DNA of 64,000 nucleotides, taken from the NCBI RefSeq assembly GCF_018977255.1, contig NW_024704743.1, forward strand, positions 115,756,001-115,820,000. The letters run 5' to 3'. The notes beneath the pieces were generated by a model. The model had not been told where the DNA came from, did no database searches, and saw only the letters and a program-made list of their open reading frames with translations. How positions within the stretch are numbered: the stretch's first letter is position 1; each line of letters begins with the position of its first letter. The DNA is from Callorhinchus milii (Eukaryota). Of this stretch, positions 35,891 to 48,590 are shown piece after piece. The translations under genes and the position numbers were made by a program.

Positions 35891-37904
35891 ATACAACAGG
35901 TCTCTGAGGAAATCCAATTTGCCACATTTAGAACATTCCAGATGGGGGAGGGTGGGATTCAGCTGATCGGTCAAGTTCCAGATCTCTCTCTAATGTGCTC
36001 TTGTACCTGGGGAGATCCAAGTGTAAGTGCACACATCACAGTGCGCAATATTAGTGACCGGCAGAGCTCTGTGTCACTGCTGTTTCAGGACGTCCTTCCG
36101 ACATGAAAGGCATTCTATAAATGTAATTTTGTTGTTGTTGTTGCTTGTGGTTGCTGCAAGAGACTTGTGTTGAATTGGAATTGGGGAGGAAATGCGCATT
36201 GAAATTATAGAAATTATAGAAGTTTATAATATTACTGTTTGGTCGGTTGGGTGTCTGACTCATGCAGAAATCCATCACCATGATTAAGAGTCTTCAAACC
36301 AAACTTCTGAGAATTCCACTTATTTATGGAATGTGCACTCCCTCCACAGTGGGACGTCCCCTATTACCTAATCCTGGAAAATGTAGGCACAGGTTGGAAA
36401 AGGCCAAGGCACTGGGACTCCAGAGTATGCGTTGAAATACTGCATGTATTAAACCAACTGCGCAACTTACAACCTTGTCATCTTTGGTATAGAGGCCTTC
36501 TGCATTTTGGATAGTTGAATGATGTTCTGATGCCTGCTTTCTATGATTGCTGCATAAACACTTCCTAATGTTTAGACCTACATTTCATTCCAAAATTATT
36601 GGCAGCCAAGTAGTTGAAGGCTTGAAGCTCAGCTCCAAGTCCCTTTGCAGTCTCTGTTCGAGCCCCAGTCCCAACCCCATTTCCAATCACAGCCTTGTTC
36701 CCAATCGTAATTTGTTCCCATGCCACTCTGCATCTAATCAAGTCCCTTTTCATCGCAATTCTTCACCAATCGAATTCCAAATCATAATATCGATAATAAT
36801 CCTTACATTTAATATAGCGTCATATCACATCATCAAGATGTCTCAAAGCGCTTCATATTTAAAAATTAGAATTTTTCTTAATTTCTAGGAACTTCTCTTG
36901 TTTTTTTTCTTGAAACCTTTGAAGTTTCTTGTTCCATCACCTTCCTGGTTGTTAGTTCCACATACCTATCAATCTTTTACTGAAGACATTTCTCCTGGAT
37001 CATCTATTTGCTTTTTTGGTCCTTCTTTGGAATCTATCTCCCTTATGTTTGAATTTTCTTAAAAATAATAATGATAAATTAGTCACTCAATCCACGACAG
37101 TTTGCGGGACACTGCCTTGCGCAATGGTTGCTGCATTTCGCCACAAAATATGCACAAAACAGTCAATTCAATTTATGGTATATTCTGAGAGGTCTCAAAG
37201 ATGTGATAAGGCTTTATATCAAATGCAAGGATTATTATTATATTATATAGGATATGCTATACAGTGGTTTGACTACGTTACTATGGCGGCGGTGAAATCA
37301 TGACCGGGGGAGGCCTGCTCCTTTAAATGGATCCATCAAGCAGCCTAGATGGGATTGCAACATTATATGCATCAGGAACTGGCACATTTTTGGGTTGTTA
37401 CTAATGCAGAATATTCTGCAAATTGTTATAGGTATGTTGGATTGTTTTGTTTGTTCCTGTTGTTGTATGTCATAAATGTTTGTGTTCTTTATATACAAGG
37501 CGGCCTAGTGTTTTAGGTTATAATAAAGAGTAGCACCTTGGAAGGGGTAAATGCCAGCATTTTATGTGTTACGACTCGGACTTAATTTAAGGCTTTGGGG
37601 TGACGTAAAAATATGTACTTGTGTAAAATTGGTCACTTCAAGCCATGACTGTATGTGGGACATCTCTTGTGCACAATTAGCTGCCGCGATTCACCCATAA
37701 ATATACAGTGAATTCACTTTACAGTATATTCTGTGAAGCGCTTTGAGACGTCTGGAAGATGTGAAAAGCACTCTTATCAAATGCAGGATTATTATTATTT
37801 AAATTAGTTAATATAATCGGGATACTGGTTTTGTCCTCCCTACTTGAGAAGCCCCGACCCTTATCAATGAAGCATTGGGTTTCAAATACCAAGCTCCGTG
37901 ACAT

Positions 37905-37983
37905 TACCCATTTTAATCTGAGGACTATTCTTGTACCCATTTTAATCTGAGGACTATTGTATCCATTTAAATCTGAGGACACT
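37905..37983. repeat. Three copies of a ~27-bp tandem repeat
   Basis: ccattttaatctgaggactatt unit seen three times. Confidence 0.9.
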
Positions 37984-38182
37984 GAGACTCATTGTATTCC
38001 AGATTTAGAATACTTTTCTAAATTTTCAAACCAGAAGTTGTTCTGAAGTAAGATCTCGAGGCACTTTAAAACACGAGAACGAGATTGTAGTGTGGGAACT
38101 CGGATTACATGGAAACTAAACTTGGTTGCCCTTGGAACTGCAGTTTTGTTAATGTTTCTTCCTCTCTTCCCCCACATCGTAG

Positions 38183-38273
38183 GCGAGAATTGGCTTCACA
38201 GTCCCAGAGACGCCACCCACTTCAAATGGAGTCCAGCAGCCAAAGGAACAGATTCGATGGAAACAGACAAGAG
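38183..38273 (+). CDS. ARHGAP28: ARHGAP28 coding exon (ARIGFTVPETPPTSNGVQQPKEQIRWKQTR)
   Basis: Long pyrimidine tract plus tag acceptor, gtcagt donor; phase 0 to 1 exactly bridges the flanking exons; SNG motif resembles the human linker. Confidence 0.75.
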
Positions 38274-38669
38274 GTCAGTGTCTTGTAGATTCAAAATGGT
38301 TGTCGTGGTCATGGTAGTAATGTAAGAAAGTCATAGAAAATACAATATACATTGGCGCAATCATTGCTGTTTATCACATCATTTGACATTTCATTCCTGG
38401 CAATGTCTCAGTCAATAACAATTGTTACATTTCACGTGAGGGAGGCATTTTAAAAGGCTTCAGAGGATATGCTGTAAACTGATGTTCCTGTCACCTGAAG
38501 CTCTTGTGCATTGTAACTAAATAATCTTTACATTTAATCCTAATATTTGGTAATGATTCTTACATCTGTCATAATGCCTTTCACATCAGGAGGACATCTC
38601 AAAGTACTTCACAGAATTTACTGTCAGTGCAGTTACTGTTTTGCTTTGTGGGCGAACTAAAATGTATTG

Positions 38670-39035
38670 CTCTTTTATTGATCCAAGGCCTTGCCCCTCC
38701 ATACCTCTGTGACCTGCTGACTCCATATCAAGCTGTCCGCTCTCTCCACTCAGCAGGCTCTGGCCTGCTCCACGTCCCTCACCTGGCTCGCCCCACAATC
38801 GGCCTTCAGCCTTTCTGCCCCTATCCTATGGAACTCCATCCCACATTCCCTTCGCCTCTCTAGCACGACTCAAAACCCTCCTCTCGACCGAGCCTTCGGC
38901 CACCCTCCTACCCTCCCTCCCTGCTCTCCACCCTCCCGATCCCGACCCCCAACTCAGATTCAAATCCGTGACTGTCCAGGGCCTTGGCATGGCCTCCCGA
39001 CCTGAAAGGCGCTATACGAATGTACTGTTGTATTG
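38670..39035 (+). mobile_element. L2 3' end
   Basis: GLAPPYLCDLL...SAGSGLLHVP plus tail. Confidence 0.85.
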
Positions 39036-39769
39036 TAAGAATGGGGTGAAAAATCAACACTCGATGTGAAAACTATTACCTCTTTGGGATTTCCGCTTCT
39101 GCCTATGGCGTAGTCGAAGCTGGACATGAAAAATGGAGTTTCCAGTCTTGTTTGGTGCAATTTTCACTTTCATCCTTCCTTTTAGATGTCCTAACCAGTG
39201 AAACAACTAAAGCAGCTATTTGGTTTAAAAGTGATTGATCCAGATGACCGCACCTCCAACAATACTCCAGTCCCATAGTATTTCCCTGGTGTCAGCCTAG
39301 ACTGCACTCAGTGTGGCTTGAACACACGACAGTAAGAGCTGGACACCTTAGTCATTAGTGAGGCTGTGTTCAGGATGTTGAGAATCTTACTGTTTTTCCT
39401 GTTTTAGTACATCTTGTCATGTGCAGGGAAGATTGATTTGGAAATTCTGTCCTGTGTTAATTACTTTTTGTCCTGCTGAATTATGTTTCTGCCACTTCAG
39501 CTGTCTCTGAATGTAAATTAGAGAAGATCACAGCCAGTGCAAAGCAGCAAAGCTAGAAGCTAACAATTAATCACTAGCTTGCTTCAGACATTACAAACTT
39601 GACAGGACACACTTTGTGCTAAAGCAAAACTAATTTATTTAACCATCTACGTGGAATGACAAGAGAGAGAGAGAGAGAGTTGAAAGCAGAAGCCCTTCCT
39701 TCCTTACACTATATCGATCTGACATTCTTCCAATTACAGCATCACGCCCAATATGCTACAGTACGTGGT

Positions 39770-40128
39770 GTCCTGTAGCGCATTGCTTAGAGCACTCGCC
39801 TCGCAAGTGAGAAGGCCTGAGTTCAATTCCCTGGCAGGGCAAAACCTTAGGCAAGTTTCCTTACTCCATGTGCTTCTGTTTACCTAGTAGTAAGTAAAAA
39901 CCTGGTTGTTAGTCATTTGGGGGATTGCTTTTGGGAGTAATAATCCCTTAAAAAAATAATAATAATTTAATCACTCAATCCACAACTGTTTTTGGGGCCT
40001 GCTGTGCGCAATTGGCTGCCGTGTTTCACCTACAAAATATACTTTACAAGATATTCTGTGAAGTGCTTTGAGCTGTCTCGACGATGTGATAAGGCACTAT
40101 ATCAAATTCAAGGATTATTATTATCATT
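39770..40128 (+). mobile_element. SINE family A, long form
   Basis: Full head, body and tail. Confidence 0.88.
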
Positions 40129-40529
40129 ATCGCTCTTACCTTAAATTCAGTGTTCTGGTCTGAACCATTCTTGCTGGTATCCTTAGGCCAGCTAGTCGTT
40201 CATTGCCCTCTGTGTAAAGAAAAACATCCTGTTGTCTGTCCTAAACGTGCCATTCACAACCCTGAACCTCTACTCTGCCATACTGCTTTCACAGCCAGCC
40301 TGAAAGCATTGTACCTGGTTTCCTTGCTCTGTGCAACATACGAACTTAGGAATTGCTAGATGAAAAAAGACCAAGATCCATCTAATTTGCCTTCTACCAT
40401 CCCGGTAGTTGCATACTACAATAATGGAGATATGCACTGAAGTACAGTGAATATATCATATGAAGACTGAATCTATTTTGCCCTTCTCAATGACATGTCA
40501 CCATTAGTTTCAAATAAAAAAAAATGAGA

Positions 40530-41090
40530 AAATGGCATGGACAAGGAGTTGCCCCTTTACTGAGATGCCCACAAAGTGAGGTTCCACTGAGTCTGGTATA
40601 CTACAGTAAGTTTCCTCTCTGCATGATACTGGTGTGATAATTGACATGATTACCGGGAGTGATGATAAAACGCAGGTTTCAGAGTTAATGGGGTGAAAAA
40701 TGCAATGAATGCAAACAATGCGACATTTGGCGTGATCATATCCTCGGAATTTCCCCTCCTGGTGATGTCCCACTGAATGACTGGTGAACACTCCCTCACC
40801 CTCCTCCTCTCCTCACTTTGTGAAAATAGTCGGGAGAAGTATCAGCAATAATAACTATCACATTGAACATCACATATTGTTTAACCTCAGTCTGGTATGG
40901 TTCTGGTTGTACAACTACCATTGATGAGCTTGGATACCTCTAGCTCGAGCAGGGCATCGATAGCAGGTACGTCAATCATTGCTGATTCTGACCTGAACGG
41001 CGCTGGAACAAAGCCCAAAACTGTATAGATCTGATCGCAGCTTAAGTGGCTTGTAGCAAGATTCAGCAGATTGATTTGGTAACCCCCATT
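40530..41090 (-). mobile_element. Putative decayed Penelope-like retroelement RT fragment
   Basis: Minus-strand frameshifted motifs in the Penelope order (see findings). Confidence 0.45.
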
Positions 41091-42044
41091 CCCTGCATCC
41101 AGGCAATCAGACAGGTGTCATGGTCAGGTACCCAGATGTGTGTAAAGCAAACTCTACGCCCATTTTGGGTATGATCTTCCGTCGGGGAAGTGTGAACGGG
41201 GGTCGGAGTGGAGTTCCAGAGGGAGGCAGGCCTCCGACATGTCCGGATACCTGCAGGAAGCACTGGCTTCAACTCTCACTGGATCCTGACTATAAATTGT
41301 CCGTTATGTGTCAGTTTAAAAACTATCGGATTTTATCCTTATCGGTGGATTTGACCCATTGTTCTATTCCGTTGATTGATTGTTACTCTTAGTTGCCAAT
41401 TTATGTGTTTAGCCCAAACAGCTCTCAAATAGCACTGTCAGTCTCCACGAGTATTAATGGTCTTACAGTCGCTCTGGCCAGGATTTCCTGACACCTGCTT
41501 TGATGAAGGAAGAGAAAGTCTGGCCTGGTGAAATTGTTATACTTTAACCCTTGTGCTGCTGGTTAAGCCTCCAAGGATTTACGATTTTTGTGCACTCTAG
41601 TTAAAAACACTAAGATATTGATTTGAGCATAGCTCCTGTGCATAGTAGGGAAGTAACTGCTGTGAGCCTCACTTGACTGATGGACGTTATGGTAACTTTG
41701 AGAACAAGCTCAGAAGCTGAGAAAGAATCAAGGATAAGCTTACACAAATATATTGGTGAGGTACGCAAGGTGAAATGATAAAGTGAAAGGCATTCAGCTC
41801 ATGGATATCTTGCATTATATACCCTAGACTGGACCGTTTCAATGTCCTGAGGTAGGTGGCTGACCACAAATGAACTTGAAGTTGTGGGAACATTGACCAC
41901 ACAGTGAAATGTGAAGGTTTTCTATTCAAAACCAAGCAAAAAAAACCTTAATCAGAACAAAAGTGTTGAATTGGCCAAGTGTGTTGAACTTTGCGACAAT
42001 ATATCAGGCACTTATAGGAAAAGATCTCTTGTTTTTCCTTTTAG

Positions 42045-42205
42045 TGAATAATCAAAATGATAAAATGGAAGGACAACAAGGCAACGCTGAAATAACTGAG
42101 GAACTGAACTGGGATATCCCCTACTCTGAGTCACTGCCAGCGAGTCACAGAGAGCAGAGGCACAGGCACAGCTGTACCAAGCGGCATGGCAGCACTGCAC
42201 TACCG
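42045..42205 (+). CDS. ARHGAP28: ARHGAP28 coding exon (NNQNDK...EELNWDIPYSE...TALP)
   Basis: Acceptor ttttccttttag, donor gtaaca, phase 1 to 0; EEL...YSE motif. Confidence 0.88.
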
Positions 42206-42257
42206 GTAACACTCACCAGTGATCTACTCGATGTTTACCGTACTTTAAATGAATGAA

Positions 42258-42350
42258 TGTGTATAGCAGGAAGGTAACTGGTGTATATAGCAGGGAGGTA
42301 ACTCCTGTGTTTAACAGGGAGGTGACTGGTGTGTATAACAGGGAGGTGAT
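42258..42350. repeat. Four copies of a 24-bp minisatellite
   Basis: Unit approximately tgtgtatagcagggaggtaactgg. Confidence 0.9.
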
Positions 42351-42484
42351 GTACGTGCACCCTACTTGACCGATGGACATTACAGTAACTTGGGAGTACG
42401 AGCTCAGAAACAGAGAAAGAACCCAGGATACGCTATCACTGAAAGAATAACTTTGCAACTCTCTGAACTTGTTCCCAATTTCAG

Positions 42485-42650
42485 AAATTTACCATCTGTG
42501 AAGACAAACTGGGGTTAACGCGAATTGGGGATCTCTCCCACCATGACATGAAAAAAATTCACAACCTCACTCTAATTGAGATAACCACATTCTTCGATGC
42601 ATTGGGGATGGAGCTGAAGAAAAACAGGATTCTGCGGGTGAAAACAAGAG
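42485..42650 (+). CDS. ARHGAP28: ARHGAP28 coding exon (KFTICEDKLGLTRIGDLSHHDMKKI...LIEITTFFDALGMELKKN)
   Basis: Acceptor tttcag, donor gtaagc; family motif GDLS..DMKKI..L.LIE. Confidence 0.95.
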
Positions 42651-42987
42651 GTAAGCGTTGCAATCGACTGGACTCTTTGTGTATTGAGACTAAAATGCAT
42701 CCAAGATGATGGGTGAAGGATATAGAGCAGAAACAGATGAGGCTTCGTTCAGTTCGCTGTGCAGTGTGCTGTGCCAATCTTCATAGAAATAAAATAAATA
42801 GAGGGAATGTATGATCTGGGTTAGGAGCGTGTCTGATCTGAGAGGGGTGCGTCACCCACATTGAACATTATTGAACGTTCCTCACTTAACATAAAGCAAA
42901 AAAAAAGGAGAATTCTTCTGAAATAAAAATTGCACACTTTTCTCCCAATGTATTTGCTGACGAGATAACGTTTCCTATTTGCTGCAG

Positions 42988-43079
42988 AAAGTGGTCTCTT
43001 TGGTGTTCCTCTCACAACGTTACTTGAAAATGATCAGAAGAAGGTTCCTGGTACGAAGGTTCCTCTTATCTTTCAGAAA
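42988..43079 (+). CDS. ARHGAP28: ARHGAP28 exon, start of RhoGAP domain (SGLFGVPLTTLLENDQKKVPGTKVPLIFQK)
   Basis: Acceptor ctgcag, donor gtaagt; FGVPL RhoGAP motif. Confidence 0.95.
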
Positions 43080-43199
43080 GTAAGTATGCTGTAGTAAGGT
43101 GCACGGGAAAGGGGTCAGTCTTAACATGGAGAGTGAGGGATCTTCACTCTTTCATAGCACTGCCAACAGGACTGGCTCCAACTCACGCCTGTTGAAAAG

Positions 43200-43750
43200 A
43201 GGATAAGTCAAGTTTCTTGATGCTTCAGTGTTAGAAGAATGAGCCATGGGCAACAATTGGACAAGCTAGGGCATAGGTGATTGAGGCCAGCACGCTAGAT
43301 TCATTTAAAATATGGCTCATTTCTGTGATGGGTGGAAGGTAGAATGGGAGGTCTGGAAAGATTACATCAAATGGGCTGAAGGGCCTTCCTTCTTCATCCA
43401 AAACAGTTTTGTGAGCTTGTGGTTTTCATTCTTGAAAACAGACGTCTCAGAGGGGACCTTATAGAAATATATATGATTTGAAATGGGAATGAGAAATGAA
43501 ACCCAGAGCAACAGTTTCAGATTCACCAAAGTAGCAGAACAAGAAGACACAAGTTAAGAGTTACAAAAGGCAAATTTAGAACAGAACCCTAATACCCCTG
43601 AGGGTATTCGAATACTGGTATGGGTTACCAGGAAGGGCGGTAGGGGTAATTTAAGGATCAGCTCGATGCTCCAATGGGAAGATGGTAAGGTGGATACTTG
43701 GATCAGGACAGATGAGCTTTGTTCATCTGATTCATTTTTGTGATCTTATG
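43200..43750 (+). mobile_element. CR1-clade LINE remnants
   Basis: Degenerate CR1 ORF2 end and 3'UTR motifs. Confidence 0.55.
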
Positions 43751-44339
43751 CTAAGAAAGACAATAAACATGTCATCAAATTGTAGATTACAGCCCTTGAT
43801 TTATATTGGCATCAACTTCCCTTTCAATCAGTTTACGTTGTTTGATAAAGTGATCCTTGTGTAAATTAACATAAGCAATACATTTTGAAAAATCGCAAAC
43901 TTTACCCCTTTGCATGTTTCCCCTCAATGAGTTAATGCCGTGCGGACTGCAAGTGGCCTTCAGCCAGTTCTCACCTTGGGTTTTGGAAAGTTTCTGCAGG
44001 GAACAATGATACATAAACAGCTGGCAGGCAATTGGAGCAGGAAGCAATGAGTAATGAGAGCAGGATGAGAAGAGCAATGCCTTTTTTTTAATGAATAAAT
44101 ATTTGCATTAATTTAACCAGTCAACATGTAGGGAGACCAGATAACGGGATAAACAGTAAGTAAGACTGTGAGTAAAAAGAAGGGTTTCCTATCTTCTCTT
44201 TCATCTGAAGTATTTACTGCTGCTCAGATCATTGTTGCTGATGTTGTCTTTGTTTTCCTGTTTTGAGAGAGGTCTGCTGTATACTGTTGTCCTGTATTTT
44301 TTTCTCCTTGGCGCTCTTCTGTATTCTCTCAAATCACAA

Positions 44340-44625
44340 GAGTTGTTCGATGAAGAAGGCCCTTTGGCCATTTGATCATCCGATTAGACAACCCACCCTA
44401 TACCCTCGCACAAGCGCCTAAAGCTGTTTCTCAGATAAGGCCAGCAATTTAGATTCAACCACCCTTCCTGGCAACCTGTTTCAGTCGTTAATTACTCTCA
44501 TTGTAAAGAAATACTTCCTGGTGTCTGTCCTGAAATTGCCCTTCACAGCTGTGAACCTGTGTCCTCTTATCCTGGATCCTTGGGGTATGTGATTGTATTG
44601 CTCTGGTCCGTATTGTTTAATCTCA
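44340..44625 (-). mobile_element. CR1-clade LINE 3' remnant
   Basis: Reverse strand has TRGH.F-like and gggtggttgaatc motifs. Confidence 0.6.
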
Positions 44626-44829
44626 TTTATAATAATAATCTTTGCATTTGATATAGTGCCATATCACGTCTTTGAGACGTCTCAAAGCGCTTCACAGAAT
44701 ATCCTGTAAAGTGAATTGACTGTATATTTTGTGGGCAATCTTTTACATTCAAATAACTTAAGCTTGTTTGTCGCTTTGAAAATCCATTGCTTTTAAATCA
44801 AAATGTGCAACGATTCTCTTCATCCCCAG

Positions 44830-44907
44830 CTTTTATTGAAACTGGAACACAGTGGTTTGGAAACCGAGGGAATCCTGCGTGTCCCTGGGTCCGCCTCACG
44901 GGTGAAG
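44830..44907 (+). CDS. ARHGAP28: ARHGAP28 exon with arginine finger (LLLKLEHSGLETEGILRVPGSASRVK)
   Basis: Acceptor ccccag, donor gtaaca; EGILRVPG catalytic motif. Confidence 0.95.
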
Positions 44908-46351
44908 GTAACATTCATTTCACATCGTTCTTCAAACCGACCTTTTCATCTCTTTCACGTGAAAGGCACTACACAAGTGCAAGTTGTTTCCAAACGCTAA
45001 TGATCTCGTGGCACTATTTTGAAGAGTGTGCTTCCCTCATCTAAATTTACCCCCAAAAAATGATGAATTGGCCCATCATCTCATTGTGGTTTGTGGGATG
45101 TTGCTGATGCAGATTCCTGTGTTTGTTCAGTAAATAATAATAAATAATAATGATTCCTACATTTAATATTGTTTCTGTAACACTGAAATGCCCCAAAACA
45201 CTGTACAGCTGGATAATTGCTGTCCAGTGTAGTGACTGTGTATTGGGTAGGCAAATGTGGCAGTTAGAATGAAAACAGCAGAATCCCACAAACATCCCTG
45301 AAATTATTAGTTTTATTTGGAGACTTGTCGGCAAAGACATCGGGAGAAATAGCGGCACGCAATCTTTAACGTCCGTCTGAACAGATTCAGAAGGGACCTC
45401 GGTTTAAGTTCTCATCTGAAGTTCACCCAACATAACAAGGGCCAATGCACTTCAAAATGACAAGATCTGTGTAGAGCTTTGAGACACTTTGGGGTGATGG
45501 TGCATTGTATCAGCCACAGGTATTATTCCGTACTGAGCTGTCTAAACCTCTTCGGGTGCAAACTCTCGACTGTCCAAAACTTGGATGTGCTCCCGATGTA
45601 AAAGGCAGTGTATAAATACAGTTTGTGGTTGTTGTGGTCATCTCCCTGCATAGCAATCGTTGGCTTGCTTTGTTTCAAGCGCATTTGAAAGCTTCTAAAT
45701 ATGTAGAATCTCATCCAGTGGATGTGTTTCATTGTGTTAGGATTCCCAATGGGTGGGGGGGCGGGTGGTGACACGAGGCAATCCTTTGAATCAGCCAGGT
45801 TTTTATTATTGTAGGTAGTGAGGCATTCACGATTTTACTCTTCATCTGTGTTGATTCATGAAACATGAGGCCCTTCAGATACTGTTAAATGACTCATACT
45901 CCAAGTATTTCCTTGGCTGCTCTCAAGCTGCCTTATAAGTACATAGGAGCGCTCCTCTCTGCGTGGGGACCCTTCCAAAATGAGACAGACCCAGGCGAAA
46001 AGGATTAAGAACTAGCTGAATCTTGAAACGAAAATTGATATCTAACACTTGCCAGTTTGTTAGAAAAAAAATCTCCACAGTGGATCTGTGCGTCTGTGAT
46101 GCCAAGTTCTCAATCTTGCTTCTGACTGAGAATAGAATACAAGGGCTTTTATTCCTGCGGGGAGAAAAGAAAAGCAGGAAGCACGAGTCAATGTATCTTT
46201 AAGAGAGTCTGAAGGCTGGGCATGAGTGGCTGTTGTTAATAATAAATAATAATAATCCTTGCATTTGATACAATGCCTTATCACATTGTCAAGATGTTCA
46301 ACACATCCTGTGTGTTTGTGACACGATGGGATATGGATTACCAATAAGGAT

Positions 46352-46790
46352 GTCAGTCTGGCTCAGTTTGGTTCACTCTCACCTCTTGAGTTAGAAGATT
46401 GTGGGTTCAATCCCCACATCATGATTTTGAACTCACAATCCAGGTCGACACTCCAATGCAGTGTGATGGACCCCTTCCATTGTCAAAGATGAAGTCTTGC
46501 CTAGCTGTTAAGGTGGATGTTAAAGATCCCATGACACAACTTGAAAAGTGAATGGAGTTTCTCCCACTGTCCTAGCCAACAATTCCCCAGATAAAATTGA
46601 TCATTCACTTTATAAATGGAATTTTGTTGTTGTTGTTGTTCATGGCTTTGTGTGGTATATTGTTGTGGGCAAATTGGCTGCCACATTAGCCTACAAATAA
46701 AATGATATAGATCCAGTACAGTCCTGTGAAGAGCTTTGAGACTTCTCAACAACATGGTGAAGCACCTTATAAAATTCAAAGCTTATCAAT
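46352..46790 (+). mobile_element. Deu-domain SINE family B, full length
   Basis: Head gtcagtctggctcag, GTTCAATCC B box, Deu core, tail. Confidence 0.78.
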
Positions 46791-46839
46791 AACTTATAAG
46801 TTAGTCACTCCAGTGCACATGTGTGAACCAGCTTCCTTA

Positions 46840-47160
46840 TAATAATAATAATAATCCTTGCATTTGATATAACGCTTTTCACGTCAGGAGGACGTCCCAA
46901 AGCACTTCACAGAATATACTGTAAAGTGAATTGACTGTATATTTGTGGGCGAACGCGGCAGCCAATTGTGCACAGCAATGTCCCACAAACAGTCAAAGAT
47001 TGAAAATGACCAATTTATTATTGTTTTTGGTTTTGGAGGGATTATTATTAGGCTCTGTGTGGAGTAAGGAAACTTGCCCAAGGTTTCGCCCTCTGCCTGG
47101 AATTGAACTCAGGTCTCTCGCTTGCAAAGCGAGTGCTCTAACCACTGAGCTACAGGACTC
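46840..47160 (-). mobile_element. SINE family A, short form, near-identical to the 10040 copy
   Basis: Full head, body and tail. Confidence 0.9.
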
Positions 47161-47590
47161 CATAGTACAGGATACAGGACATAGTATTTCTCAGTGTTTA
47201 ATGCAATTGGTTAAAAGAGAACGAGAGAAGCAGGGAGAGAAAAATAGTGAGAAGGACACATGTAAACCCATTGAAGATGTGGGGGGGGGGGAAGGGGTTA
47301 ACAAATTGCAATATGTGAAACCTCAAAACTCATACATTGCATAGCTGCAAGAAAGTATTAGAGGGTACAGGGAGAGAACAGAGAATGAGGAGGTTGGACA
47401 GATTGCTTTATTTGGTAGAGGAAATGACCAACACTATTACAGTGTGTCAAAAGGCTTCCAACCGCATCAGATTATATATGATTCTAAAGTGAGTGAAATA
47501 GTTTTAGAATGTTGAAGACTGCCTTTGTAAGATCGCTGAGATGGGAGTTGTGAGTTTGGGCTGAACATGGCTATGATTTATGCTCCACAG

Positions 47591-47747
47591 AGCCTGCGGC
47601 AAGAGCTGGAAGCGAAATTTCATGAGAACTTCGACTGGGACCAAGTGCGGCAGAATGACGCTGCCTGCCTGCTGAAGATGTTCATCCGTGAGCTGCCAAA
47701 CTCCCTCCTGACCATGGAGTACCTGCCTGCATTCTCAGCCGTGCAAA
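47591..47747 (+). CDS. ARHGAP28: ARHGAP28 exon (SLRQELEAKF...DAACLLKMFIRELPNSLLT...AVQ)
   Basis: Acceptor ccacag, donor gtacga; LLK.FIRELP motif. Confidence 0.95.
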
Positions 47748-48590
47748 GTACGACCCTGAGTTCCCAAGCTTTAACCCCCTCCCCCCCCCCCCCCCGCGCC
47801 ACCACCTCCCTTCCTCCCCTTCCCTCCCTCCCCTTCCCTCCCTCCTTTTTTATTTCTCCTCTTGTTCAGCCATACTCCTCCAGTTTGAAGAGAGGAATCA
47901 CAGAAATTACGGCATAAGAGGAGGTCATTCAGCCACATTTGAGCCTAACTCGTCCACTCGGATATCCAACTAGTCTAATCTCAGTTCCCTGTCCTTTCCC
48001 TGTAACTTTTAACATTCCTGCTATTCAAATTATTGTCAAAATGTCTTTTAAATGTTCTTATGGTCCCGGTCTCAATAGCTGCTTGCAGCAAAACCTCCCT
48101 CTTAACTCTTAAGTTACAGTAACAATGCTGAGTTTATGTCACCTTATTACCAATTCACTAACCAATAATGTTATCCTTTCTAAATCTGTCTGAATTTTGA
48201 ATTTTATTAGATCCACCCCTTTATTAGATATGCCCCTCTGTTCTATTGGACCCAATATTTTGAGCTTGCCCTCATGCCTGTAATCACTCGTCCATAAAAT
48301 CTTGTGCAAGCTTGCACATTACATTTCTGACAAATGGGAAATTTCCACAGGTAGATGGCCTACATATGTGTAGTTCTGTTTGGTTGGGATACTTCTGAAG
48401 CATGGCAGTCGGTTTCCGGATGTGTTAGATGCCTGACCGAGCTAAAAAAATCAATTCCTGAAACCTCAGGATCGGTATGGGTTGGGCATTTCTCTGCTTC
48501 CACTGTCTGTTGTATGTTACCTTGAAGAATAAATTAAGTTTCAGCTAAGTGAGATCTCGCTAGTTAATAACCATGCTCCTTGTGTTTCAG

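Noticed and set aside
40659..40780. C/D-box snoRNA-like GTGATGA...CTGA
   Set aside because: No convincing terminal stem or recognisable guide, and it lies within the putative Penelope relic
41469..41527. Possible extra ARHGAP28 exon (cttacag...gtgaaa)
   Set aside because: Weak donor, and its phase is incompatible with the better-supported 38183-38273 exon joining 42045
42258..42350. CRISPR-like short repeats (also 37905-37983)
   Set aside because: Contiguous tandem units without unique spacers, in vertebrate introns, with no cas genes
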